Shown: positions 20,294 through 31,176, counted from the stretch's first letter. The stretch is 32,000 bases of DNA from Wallemia ichthyophaga EXF-994 (GCF_000400465.1 NW_008806274.1:90244-122243), one strand, 5' to 3'. Program-made: numbers and translations. The notes: generated by a model from the sequence alone, not told the origin.

Positions 20294-20457
20294 CGAGATG
20301 ACAACGGAAACGACATCAAAGATAACGACGACATTAACGATAACAATAACGTACTCCATTTCTCCAAATACCCCTTGTATCTCTTGAGATGTCTTTACAT
20401 CTCCCATTTCTTCTTGCATCCTAACCACCATCATCTTGTGTTGATCGTTTGCCCAAT

Positions 20458-23244
20458 ATGTCCCACAGGCGTGGCCATCTCTCACGCAAGATCCCAAACG
20501 TGAAACTCAAGCCACGGCCCGCTGTGAGCCTCAAGGATAGCCAGGCAGTTGTAGATGATGATCTACGCGATGAGGACGACGCGCAGCACACCTATCCAAC
20601 TCCTGCCTCAGAAAAGCCGCTCACCAACTTTGTATTCTGCTCCACTGGAATTCTCAATCGCAGCGAACTCCAAAAGAAAGTAATCGAAATGGGCGCGTCG
20701 TTTGAGTCCTCGTTTACAGACAACGTCACTCATCTGATAGCAATCGATTTCGGCAGTCCCAAGTACAACTGCGCAGTGAGGCTCGGTGCTGTCGTGATAA
20801 CACCGGCATTCATCGACCAATGCTATCTGGAATGGCTAGACGGTGAGAATGTCGACACACGTTCTCTTGCCCAGAAACACGCTCTCAAACCATTCGCCAA
20901 CCTCACCGTATCTATGAGTGGTATCGGTGCTGGTCCCACTCGCCAACAGTTCGAGCGGTCGCTCATCAGCAACGGCGCAAATGTCTCGCGTGACCTCCAC
21001 AAACAATGCACACACCTTGTCACTGAAAATACTACCTCTGCTAAAGTGAAATGGGCCAAGAATTACAACGCGGCTAATGCAAATACGCATAATATTCATA
21101 TCGTTTGGACTGAGTGGATTTCTGCTTGTCAAAATATCAACGGGAGGCTGCCAGAAAGTGATTTTTCGGTTGATGGACAGAGACCGAATGCAGACGCATT
21201 CAGACTATCGCAAATACCTCAGCCACTCCTTCCTCACGACACACACGTCGCTAAGAAACGCAGCTTCGTCGAACAGCCCGGCAACGAGGATCTCGAGAGG
21301 GCCGTTGTAAAGAAGAGTCGCGTAGCGAAAGAGTCGCTTGTCGAGGGTATTCTATCCCAAGCGACGCGCGAGAATGAGGTCGATAAAAGCGTCAATGACG
21401 CTCCTCCTCCTGTCAAAGGTGCTCATGAGATACAGAGAGTACCGACAGCACAATCTGCTTCATTCCTCACCAACTCGCGTTCATTCAATGCCCCACAAAG
21501 CTCTTCCACTCACACACACTCCCACCAACCAGCCTCATCAGCTGAGCAGAAGAAAGTTTTTACCAACTACACATTCTCCCATCGCGGATTCGAAAAAAGC
21601 AAGTCACACAGACTGGACCTGGAGCTAGAGAAGTATGGGGCGAGTGTAACGAACAGTGTCAATCTCGCCGACCTCACCATAGTACCATTCAACAGCGGCA
21701 CGACGTTTACGGCGCAGATGTCTTCACTCGCCGTAACGGAGTGTTGGGTGGAGCGATGCATGTATGAGGGTGTAATAGTACCCTACAACCGCAACCCTCT
21801 CTACCGACCCATAGATATGCCAGTAATAGCGCGTAAGTGGGGCTAACAAATCTAAGGAGCTTCCTACTAATAGCACTCAAAGCCGATTTAGCTTCCTCCA
21901 TCTGCCTCACATTTAGTGGACTAGATGAATGCGAGCGCACGCACGTCGTTCGTCTCTTCAAGTCGTTGGGTGGGTGTGGGTTTTTTTGCGATATACACAC
22001 TACTGACTCGCTACGTCTATCTAGGCATCCATACTAGGACTAGCTACCCGCGCGAAGTCACCCACCTTGTCTCCGTCATTCCGCCGCGCGGTAAGAGGTA
22101 CGATCGCGCCGTCGAGTGGCGCAACCCTGTCATCGACGTGCGCTGGGTGTGGGAAATGGCTTCGAGTGGACACATGCCACCCCTCGCAGACTTTACGTGG
22201 GGGAAAGGCGAAAGGAGTGTTGCGGGTGAGAATAAGAAGGCAGAGGAGACTAACTTCCTTGCATCTGATGATGAGGATAGTGATGCCAAGATGAATGTTG
22301 GTGGGAATATTGGTTCTAATGACAGTGCAAATGTTAGTAATTTCAGTGGTCCACCGCCGAAGCAGATGGAGATGGAGATGGAGATGGAGGATAAGCAGCA
22401 ACAGCAACAGTCGCAGCCAAAACCACACCACTCACAACACTCACCCTCCTCACATACCAACATCCCACTGCGCAAAACTCACTCGACAAATCCGTTCAAA
22501 ATACGTGACAGCGGCGCTGGTCTCCACGACAGCATCCTCCAGCTGCTCAAACAGGAAGGCGAGAAGATCTACCCAGCTCTTGGCAAGACGAAGAAGCGGC
22601 CACGACTAAAACGTACCTCGACGGGTGACTCACGCGGGGGAAGTGAGACGCCAGCGCCTGTGGAGCAGCAGACGGATGAAGCGGGTAGTAGTAATAGTAG
22701 CAGGAGGGGTGGGGATATGGGCGATCATCAGAATTCAACTGTAGTCGCTAAACCAAAGCCAAAATCAACAACGTTGACATCCTCCCCTCTTTCCAGCCCC
22801 TCACCCCCACCATCCCTGTCGCAGCCACCGACACAGTCTCAGTCTCAGTCGAACGGAGTCGTCAACGAGTCGCTGCGCATTATGTACGATGATCCCAAGG
22901 CACGCAATGAGCGCAAACGCATTCTTCAGGCTCTCACCAATACAAACAGCAGCGATCCCCATAGTAGCAACAGTAATGGAAAGAGTAATAGCAATGGCAT
23001 TAGCAGCGGTGGTAATGGAAACGGTGTTGAGGGCATCAACAGCCAAAGTAACAGCCAAAGCCACCCTAATGTCATCACAGGCGTGAGCAGGAGTGACGAG
23101 AACGAGGGCGACGTCATGTACAGATTTGCTAGAGAAGACTTCGAGAAACCAATTGCGGAAACTAGACCAAGAAGGGGCGCTGCGAAAGAGGGTATCGATA
23201 AAATTAATCAGCAATATGACCCCACGCAGCTGGATGAGTTTTGA
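20458..23244 (+). CDS. Multi-BRCT replication/checkpoint scaffold, Dpb11/Rad4(Cut5)/TopBP1-like (two introns)
   Basis: Four BRCT-like repeats (FVFCSTG...FTDNVTHLIA, LTVSMSG...LHKQCTHLV...VWTEWI, YTFSHRG...VTECWVERC, LTFSGL...VTHLV...DVRWVW) and a long disordered C-terminus containing IMYDDPKARNERKRI. Confidence 0.8.
22367..22388 (+). repeat. (ATGGAG)n coding microsatellite encoding MEMEMEME
   Basis: atggagatggagatggagatggag is visible inside the BRCT gene. Confidence 0.85.
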
Positions 23245-23532
23245 GGAGCGTTTTAAAAGACGTTTGAGAGAGTTAAATGGCATTCTTTTGCATCTACCAC
23301 AATATTAAGCTAAGATCCAAATAATCCGAGCACTATTTATCATTTGTTGTAATTCATATATGCATCCCTCTATCATCTCACCGATTATTACGCCAAGTTA
23401 CATTTTCCTTATGCGCTCGCAGATCTGAAAATTTTATTGTTTCGGCTGCGTAACGGATGCGTATGCAATGTGTGGATAAGTCACAGCTCGCTTATCTACT
23501 CCACTTTTGCATAACCTCGCACCCTCGCACCC

Positions 23533-24147
23533 ATGATTATCAATCCAAGACAGCATCTCCACCTGCATCGCATGGACGAGCAGAATGAGCACTTTGCCGT
23601 CCACACCCACCTCACGACGCTGATGCAGTGCTGGGAATGGCAAGCAGACTCCAAAGTGAAAGAAGAGGTTCAGAACATGAGGCTCAGGTTGGCGATAGTA
23701 AACCATAGGGCACAGCGTCACATTGCGAGCCACTCCTTGTTCTTCTCAAAGTGGAAACGTCTCGGTATTTGCTGCAACCTGCGCAAGAAATTGGTTGAAC
23801 TCTTCCAGATGACTTCGTGGATTAACAGGACGAAATTCGAAAATCTCATCCGTCTCCTCGCTGAACGTCTCGTCACCGATTATTGCAGACGCCATTTTAG
23901 ATATATGCCACACGCTCACCACTGCAATCTTATGCAAAAAGCTACCATGAAATCCCTCCTTCTGCGAGCTAAGCAGATAGCAAAAAGAAAATCGCGCGCT
24001 AGAGACCCGAGGTTGGAACTTAAAAAAGGAACCAAGATCAAGGGCGCTCTGATGAGGTCTATTATGTTTAAAAATGTTCCTCAGTACTTTGCCGCCGTTG
24101 GTAGCGCAGCTCCCATCATCCGCATTACAGGCCAGATCCCTTTTTAG
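23533..24147 (+). CDS. Hypothetical basic protein, 204 aa, no recognisable domain
   Basis: A 615-nt uninterrupted ORF fills the gap between the BRCT gene and the convergent HSP20, and the other frames are broken. No homology recognised. Confidence 0.5.
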   Translation: MIINPRQHLHLHRMDEQNEHFAVHTHLTTLMQCWEWQADSKVKEEVQNMRLRLAIVNHRAQRHIASHSLFFSKWKRLGICCNLRKKLVELFQMTSWINRTKFENLIRLLAERLVTDYCRRHFRYMPHAHHCNLMQKATMKSLLLRAKQIAKRKSRARDPRLELKKGTKIKGALMRSIMFKNVPQYFAAVGSAAPIIRITGQIPF

Positions 24148-24202
24148 ACGTTCTAATGAGCATTATATTGTGTGTTTTTGCATATGTATTGTACACCTCT
24201 TT

Positions 24203-24693
24203 CTAATGTATTGTTATCCTCTTTGGCTCGGATTCTGGTGGGTGTCTTGAATATCTGAGCGTAAGCAGCCCATTCTCGTACGCAGCGTGGATATTATCTT
24301 CTGTAATGTGCTCGGGTAGCTTCCACGTCCTGCTCAGTGGTGTAGAAGGGCTGCGTTCGTTGATGACGCAATGTGACTTCTCGGACTTGTTTTCCTCGGA
24401 CTTCTGCTCTACTGGTTTGGTAGCTTTTACTGTAATGCCGTGGTCGTGGATCGATATGTCAACCTCCTCCTTCTTGCACCCAGCTAGATCGACTCTCGCT
24501 TCGTATGAGTTGCCGTATTGGATCAAATCGAGTCTTCGTATAGCATGTCAGCAGAGATACAACCCGTACAGACTACCACTTACCTCGCTCTAGATGTAGA
24601 AGGAGTGCTGTTACGCTTCACTGGCGCATTCTCAGTAAAAAAGAAGTCAAGTGGGAAATTGCGTTCGCTTGGTTGATTGTAAAATATGGTCAT
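24203..24693 (-). CDS. Small heat shock protein (HSP20/alpha-crystallin domain), one intron at 24534-24583
   Basis: MTIFYNQPSERNFPLDFFF...R|LDLIQYGNSYEARVDLAGCKKEEVDISI...INERS...LSRTWKLPE...IHAAYENGLLTL...PKRITIH*. Confidence 0.92.
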
Positions 24694-24747
24694 TACGGTT
24701 TAATTTGATTTGTTGCTGATTACAAGCAGTCAACAGTGCGCTCCACC

Positions 24748-24756
24748 TTTTATATA
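24748..24756 (-). promoter_or_regulatory. TATA box of the HSP20 gene (TATATAAAA)
   Basis: Consensus TATA about 55 nt upstream of the ATG at 24693. Confidence 0.6.
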
Positions 24757-24766
24757 CGACCACAAC

Positions 24767-24784
24767 ATCTAGGACTTTCTAGCA
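24767..24784. promoter_or_regulatory. Degenerate heat shock element-like array upstream of HSP20
   Basis: ATC-ta-GGA-ct-TTC-ta-GCA has correctly spaced TTC/GAA pentamers, but three of the four carry one mismatch. Confidence 0.3.
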
Positions 24785-25102
24785 GCTTCAGCGAGATAAG
24801 CAGGTGACTAAGCTCTGATGAGTAATTTAAAGCCAGCGTGAGCCATTCAGCAGTATCCTTTCAACTACTCAAACGCATGGCGGTCGTATACGAAGAGAGA
24901 AGTCAGGGATATTTTCACAAACGCATCACAAACGCAAAAGATAGAGAGAGCGATGCAATGTATTTTATAGTGACGTAGTGTCACTTATTGAATGCAGTAG
25001 CGGTATATATTGTAGTTTGATGTATTAGATTGATGTTGATGATGGACGTGTCTTTGCTTTTGCTTGCATCGGATAGCTGTTGGACGGCCCTTGTCTGTTA
25101 TT

Positions 25103-25297
25103 TCATTCTCGATTCCGAGGCGGTTGCGGGTAGCTGCAATACGGGCACTGCTTGAAGAACGTTTCATTCCATTGGAGACAGCCGGTATTGCTGCAGCGCC
25201 ATTGCGAGCAGTTTGAATTCCACTTGCTGATAGGGATAGGCTGGATTGTTAGCTATTGTTCTCTGTAATCGTTGCCAATAACACCCACTTGAGTCAT
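25103..25297 (-). CDS. 48-aa RanBP2-type zinc-finger microprotein (exons 25297-25289 and 25240-25103)
   Basis: A canonical 48-nt intron (gtgggt...gctaacaatccag) joins MTQ to PIPISKWNSNCSQWRCSNTGCLQWNETFFKQCPYCSYPQPPRNRE*, which matches W-x-C-x4-C-x3-N-x6-C-x2-C exactly. A TATAAAA lies upstream at about 25420-25426. Confidence 0.75.
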
Positions 25298-26037
25298 CTT
25301 TTTCAGTTTCACTTGCTCGAGCACTTGTTCGATTTGTTTCTGGTGCGCTTGCGCTTGAAATGTACAAATTGTCTTTATGGTGGTCACGACCAAGAACTAC
25401 CACTCAGTATCGCCCTGATTTTATAACCGCCCTGATTGATATTTTGATGGCCGAAGTACGTCCACGTCACAAAGCGTGACCGGTGTGATTATGTGGGGGT
25501 GTAAGCTGCTGAGCAGTGTTGTGCAGATGTCCTTTTCGAGCAATGTGCAAACTAGCTTTCATGCTTCTCTTGGCGCCTTTCTCTTATCAGATGACTCAAT
25601 GCGATGACACAGGTCGTTGTCAATGCTGTGATTCTGACGCCATCAACTTTACTGAAAGAGCCCTTTTTGATGACTTTTACTCTGTTCCATTGCTTGATTA
25701 CGCTCATCCTCAATTAACTTCAGGCACCCTCCCAAATAATCGGGCGGCATCATCAAAGATGCTCGGAGTTGAACTTGGTATACCGGGACCGAAATTAACT
25801 AAAAAGCTACACTAAATCTATAGCGCACTCCTCAATTTACTCCGGACCGAATCCGCAAACAAAGATGGTGCCATCAGATAGCTGATATCTGATCTTTAAT
25901 AAATTGAAAGTAATTCAGTGACATTGGATGGACTTTGGAGATCAAGGGATCTATGAACTGGTAGAAGACCTTTGATAATGACGATCTTTGCCTCACTAGA
26001 TGTAGCTATTGACTCAACACCCAAGTCTTGCTCACTC

Positions 26038-26444
26038 ATGTGGATTGATGTATTATTTTACTGTTTAGTCTTAATTGCGACTAAAGCGAGTCAATCCTCT
26101 CACCAGAAAGACGCACAAGTCAGCACAAGCGATTAGAGTCAACTTTATATTAACATCTATACAAAGAATGGTATGATACATTCAATTACTCTAAACTCTA
26201 AGCTGTGAAAAAGCAAATAGAGATAAGACAAAGTGTTTTGCCTTGGGTTTTAGCTAATAGAACGGGACTCACAAACGTCGATAATGATGTATTTAATCTT
26301 GGTATTTCCGAGGCTGTTGACAGGGTGGCAAGATTGCCAAACCTTGAAGAGATCTCTCAGTATCAAGAAGTTACTTCCGAAACGCATGCAAGACATGCTC
26401 GAGCTTCTTTGGATATAGTTTTAGATGTTCTCAAGAAAATGTAA
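26038..26444 (+). CDS. Probable small secreted protein (about 102-108 aa) with a 4-nt microexon
   Basis: Exon 1 MWIDVLFYCLVLIATKASQSSHQKDAQ (signal-like), intron 26119-26166, microexon AATG 26167-26170, then an intron to the acceptor at 26202 or 26220. Either acceptor joins in frame to ORF 26205-26444. Confidence 0.5.
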
Positions 26445-26852
26445 AACTCCTAGTGACTTGCTCATTTGATTTTGTAATGCTGCATTTTGGTTTTACGTGT
26501 TTGGTTTTTAATTTTTTGTTAAAGTATATTGAATTGATTTCTGTACATATAGTGAAAAATATTATAATTATACATAACTATACATGGCTATAAATGGCTA
26601 CAAACAGCTATACAAATACCTTTTTATCGATAAGCTTCTGAGAGCGCGTGACGGGATGTCACTTCGGGAATGGTTAGCTTAGGTTAGTCATGCACAATGC
26701 CGCGCATGTGCACTCCCTTTCAATTGGGATGATAGAAGATTCGCTATTTACACCTAATTGGCTTAGCTGCGTTTCATTACTATGTATTTGAAATGACTAT
26801 AATCTTCACTACTACTACATCAAGCGCCTAAAGCAACTAATAACCCTTTTCA

Positions 26853-28363
26853 TTAACGATCAACCTCACCAAAGACTAAATCGCTCGTCCCTATGATCGC
26901 GCTGAAAATTTTCAATAAGCTATATGTGGCTATGGAAGACAGTTACTTACACCATGTCAGGGAGGAAATGGTGGCGCGACATAAAGTCAGCACCAGCCAA
27001 ATGTGCAAAGCCAGGCGCGCGGATCTTGCACTTGTAAGGTCTGTTGGTGCCGTCGCTGATGAGATGCACCGCCATTTCGCCCTTTGGCGCCTCGATAGCA
27101 GAGTAAGTCTCACCCGCAGGCACTGCATAACCCTCCGAGAAAAGCTTGAAGTGGTGTATCAAGCTCTCCATCGACTCCTTCATCGACGCGCGTGGTGGAG
27201 GGACAATCTTGTGGTCGTCGATCTTGTACGGTCCAGGCGGCATCTTGTTGCAACACTGCCCGATGATTCTGATGGCCTCTCTCATCTCCTGGATACGGCA
27301 GATGTAGCGGTCGTAGCAGTCGCCGTTCTCCCCGACCGGTATGTCAAAGTCGACCTCGTCGTACTTCTCGTATGGCTGCGTCTTGCGCAGATCCCATGGG
27401 ATACCGGAGCCACGCAGCATCGGGCCTGAGAAACAGTAGTCGAGGGCCTCGTCCGCTGTCACTCTACCGACACCGATGGTACGCTCTTTCCAGATACGGT
27501 TGCCGGTGACAATCTCTTCAATCTCGTCAATGCGCGAGCTGAACTGGGTCGCCCACTTGTGAATGTCCTCGAGGAGGCCGTGGGGAAGGTCGAACGCTAC
27601 ACCACCCGGGCGGATGTATGCGGCATGGAGACGCGCGCCGGAGACTCTCTCGTAGAACTCCATCAGCTTCTCTCTCTCTTCGAAACCGTAAAGGAAGGGA
27701 GTGAGTGCACCGACATCCATGGCGTGTGAGAGGACAGCCATGATGTGGTTAAGAATGCGGGTGATTTCGGAGAAGAGAGTGCGAATCCACTTTGCGCGCT
27801 CTGGGACATCAATGTTGAGCAGCTTCTCGACGGCTTTGGTGTACGAGAGTTCGTTGGTCATGGCGGAGGAGTAGTCGAGACGGTCCATGTAGGGGAGCGC
27901 CTGGACGTAGTTCTTGTACTCCATCAGCTTCTCAGTACCGCGGTGGAGAAGACCAATGTGTGGATCGGCTCTGAGGATTTCTTCACCGTTAAGCTCGAGG
28001 ATGAGACGGAGGACACCGTGGGCAGCTGGGTGCTGGGGACTGTGTGGTGGATGTGTTAGCGTGTGTGTGTGCGTGTGTGCGTGTGTAGCCACCGCAACTC
28101 CAAACGCACCCAAAGTTAACTGCACAACTAGTGAGCTATTTGAACACAAAATGAACATTATACGCACCCGTAAAATGACGTAAATCTGCGTCTTTTCTGT
28201 CGCCGCTCTCTTTGAGAATATCCTCTGCACTTAAATCGTGCATATCCTCAACAGTGGCAGAGCTCGAGGCTCTGCTCGATGTACTGAATCTACTGAGATT
28301 GCTGGTAGCAGCCACTGGCTTTGGAAATTTCAAGCAATTCCTTATTGAGTTGAAACGAAGCAT
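26853..28363 (-). CDS. NDUFS2: Mitochondrial complex I 49 kDa subunit (NDUFS2/NuoD homologue)
   Basis: [76 protein letters not shown] and terminal DLVFGEVDR* at 26853-26855. Confidence 0.97.
28058..28086. repeat. Imperfect (GT/CA)n microsatellite in an NDUFS2 intron
   Basis: gcgtgtgtgtgtgcgtgtgtgcgtgtgtag. The ORF track translates it spuriously as THAHTHTHT. Confidence 0.85.
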
Positions 28364-28465
28364 TTGGTGGTGTTGACGGTGCACAAGTGTGCTAGCCGCG
28401 GATAGCACAAGATCATAAATTTTTTTGAAATATTAAATACATTTATTACAATAGCTATAATTAAA

Positions 28466-30003
28466 TCAATTGCCTTGCTTAGCTTGACTCAATTGGCTCT
28501 TTTTTTCTGCGAATAACTTCGATTCTGCGACGATGATAGCTGCGAGTGGCGTGTTAGCTGCGAGTATTTCTCTTAAAACATCAATCTCACCCTCTTGCAC
28601 CCAGTCGCGCCTATAAAAATCTGCTCTGCGCATCTCTTCCACCGGCACATTGGCATGCTCTGACCCCAGTATCAAATCGAGATCTCTTGATTGGCTATTG
28701 ATCCAATTCTTGACAAATGCTGCTGAATCGTTACTAAACTCATCCAAAAAGTCCCTCTTAACGATAGCATTCCTCACTGCTATCGCTGTCTGAGAAATCT
28801 CCTCATCCAGCTGTGCAATCCTTTGAGACAAATCGTGGTTTGGCATGTAAGCTGTGATTGTATTTGCCATCTTCTGCTTGATTGCATCTTCAACGTCGAT
28901 ATTGATATCGAATGCATGCTCTGACTGTGTTAGCTCTTTATCCACCCTACCATCGCTGACGTCAGTCAACCCTACCACACAAATAGTCCACTCACATGAC
29001 CGTATACTCCAGTACAACTGGCTCAACTGGAATCAAATACTTTTGTACGACATCAGGCAGTTCATGGTAGTAGATGGAATCAGCATGGAATATCTGCCAC
29101 TGTGTGTCAGCGTTCTTCACTCACATCCACCTCACCCACCTCCTTCAAATTGGAATCGGCTTTGATAACCCTTCTATCCTCTTTATCGAGTAAGTTATTT
29201 TGCTTCACGTATGCCCACATGTGAGTGATAATACCAGCCCTGGAATCCTCTTTGATCCCGAGCAATTGTGAAAGTGGTTCACTTATACCATACTTTTCAG
29301 GCATATGATCGAGGTGGAGGATTATTTTGGCCTTTGTTGCCTGATCGCCCCTCCTTTTGATCTCAAAACCATCCTTGTCACTCTCACCGGGCTGCTTATG
29401 CCATTCAACAATCGATGACTCTGGGTAAATTGAAGAGTCACGATCAAATTCCACAATCATTGATTTCAAGAGGGATGAAAATTTCTTCGGGGCGCCTCTG
29501 TTTGCTTTAGTTGTAGTCCCATCGAGCAATCTTCCCTCAATTTTAAACGTCCAAGCTGGAATACCAGCGCCTGTTTCGAAATTGACCATCTCTCCAAACT
29601 GCTGCTGTTCCCGCTGCTGCCATGGTTGACCGGAGGCTGTATTTGAAAGGAAAACGCGTAGCTGCCTGGTAGTTTTCGCAGGTCTTTGCAGACTATCATG
29701 AATCTGTGCACGCTTATGAGCAGCAATCATATCCAGTCTCTTTTCAAAACGAGTGAGATCGTCGTACATCTTTGATTGCTCTCTGACTGATTCGATGGCT
29801 TGGACGGAAGGAGGAAGTGATCTGTCTGTTGGTTTCTTCTTCTTGTACTGCTTCAGAGCTTCCTCCAAATCTGATTGACGCTTCTTCGATTGGCTGTGAT
29901 TCGTTGGAGTTGTGGTAGCCGTGTACATATTCGCATGTTGCGGCTGTGGCTGTGGCTGCTGCTGGGGCGAGCCAGTAAAAGCCATTTGCTGATAAGGATT
30001 CAT
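28466..30003 (-). CDS. SWI/SNF-RSC SWIB-domain subunit (Swp73/Rsc6/BAF60 family), three introns
   Basis: KKPTDRSLP, FEKRLDMIAAHKR, LRVFLSNTA, WTFKIEGRLLD, DGFEIKRRGD, SWIB motif SRAGIITHMWAYVKQNNLLD, RDFLDEFSND...WINSQSRDL. Confidence 0.93.
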
Positions 30004-30088
30004 TTTTGAATTACGTCGATGCGTCGTTGATGGTGGTACAAGTGGAAGCTGCGTTGACCCGAACAGCCAACGCGGTGGAGACAAAGAA

Positions 30089-31176
30089 ATGTCCACATTG
30101 ACGCTCAGTTCAGATTTGATGGTTAGAGCGCCTTTAGTGTACACCAACCACCGACTCACATCCCCCAGAAATCATTCAAGCCTTGCAAGGCTTTCACCGG
30201 GTATTGCCAGGAAGACAAGGACATTACTGCTCTGTCTTTCGATGACACTGGCAGCACCTGCGTTACGGCTTCCTCAGACGATACCATACATCTCTTTGAC
30301 ACAAAGCTGGGAAAACACCAGAAGTACTTCAGAAGCGGTAAATATGGCGTGGATTTGCCTTGCTTCACCCATTCAAGCTCAACGATTATATATGCATCCA
30401 CCAAGCAAGACAACTCTATAAAATACCACAGCTTGCATGATAATAGCTACCTACAATACTACAGAGGCCACCAAGGTAAAGTTAACTCCCTCGAAATGAG
30501 TCCGACAGACGATATGTTCTTATCGGCATCGAGTGATGATACTGTGAGGCTTTGGGACTTACGCACCCCTCAATGTCAAGGGTTGCTTCACATTAAGGGC
30601 AACTCTATAGCCGCGTGGGATCCTAGTGGTCTTTGTTTTGCTGTCTCCCTTTACTCAGAATCCATGATCCTCCTCTACGATAAGGGTAGGTATGACCAGG
30701 CTCCTTTCGCCACTTTTGCTCTCAGGGACAGAGACCACAGAGGCAGGGATATCCGTCCTCACCCTACTTGCATCAAATTTTCATCAAACGGCAATTACAT
30801 CCTCGTCGGTACAAACTCCCCCTATCATTACATTTTGGATTCTTTTTCTGGCCAGATTTATTACAGACTAACCGGACACGAAACCTTTACGAGCGTAAAT
30901 ATCCAGCGAGACATGCTGAGTTGGTCGCCTGATGGAAAATTCGTCGTCGGCGGTTCTAAAAATGGTAAGATTCACGTTTGGGAGGTACCACCGACTGAAC
31001 CGAGAGATGCTGCCATCAAGACACTCTCCCCAATACACACCACTGATAATCATAAAAACACTCCAAGTAAAATTGTCGCTTTCAATCCTCGCGTTGTTAT
31101 GCTCGCGACTGCTGCTTCATCTGAGTTAGCCTTTTGGCTGCCAATGCAGGACAGTCGCCGTAGCAGCCATAATTAG
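30089..31176 (+). CDS. SWD2: WD40 protein Swd2/WDR82 (COMPASS and CPF subunit), one intron near the 5' end
   Basis: LSFDDTG, SGKYGVDLPCFTH, YHSLHDNSYLQYYRGH, SASSDDTVRLWDLR, IKFSSNGNYILVGT, SPDGKFVVGGS, VAFNPR. Confidence 0.93.

Noticed and set aside
23434-23937. A minus-strand spliced gene under the 204-aa ORF
   Set aside because: Intron-like strings are present, but no splice combination I tried gave a long coherent frame.
25164-25403. ORF-track products of 79 aa (25164-25403) and 60 aa (24985-25167), which look translationally coupled via ATGA
   Set aside because: The upstream ORF starts at GTG and reads through an obvious intron. The spliced third frame gives a perfect zinc-finger consensus and explains the region better.
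25873-25893. 8-bp inverted repeat ATCAGATA-N5-TATCTGAT, and the palindrome GCTTTTAAAAGC near 14729
   Set aside because: Short enough to be expected by chance in 32 kb, with no supporting context.
26667-26718. Possible tRNA or structured RNA (gggaat...tgcacaatgccgcgcatgtgcactccc)
   Set aside because: Only a 9-bp bulged hairpin; no cloverleaf, no TTC T-loop and no B box.
26893-28059. Plus-strand ORFs of 178 aa and 104 aa
   Set aside because: Antisense to the highly conserved NDUFS2 coding sequence; a codon-bias artefact.
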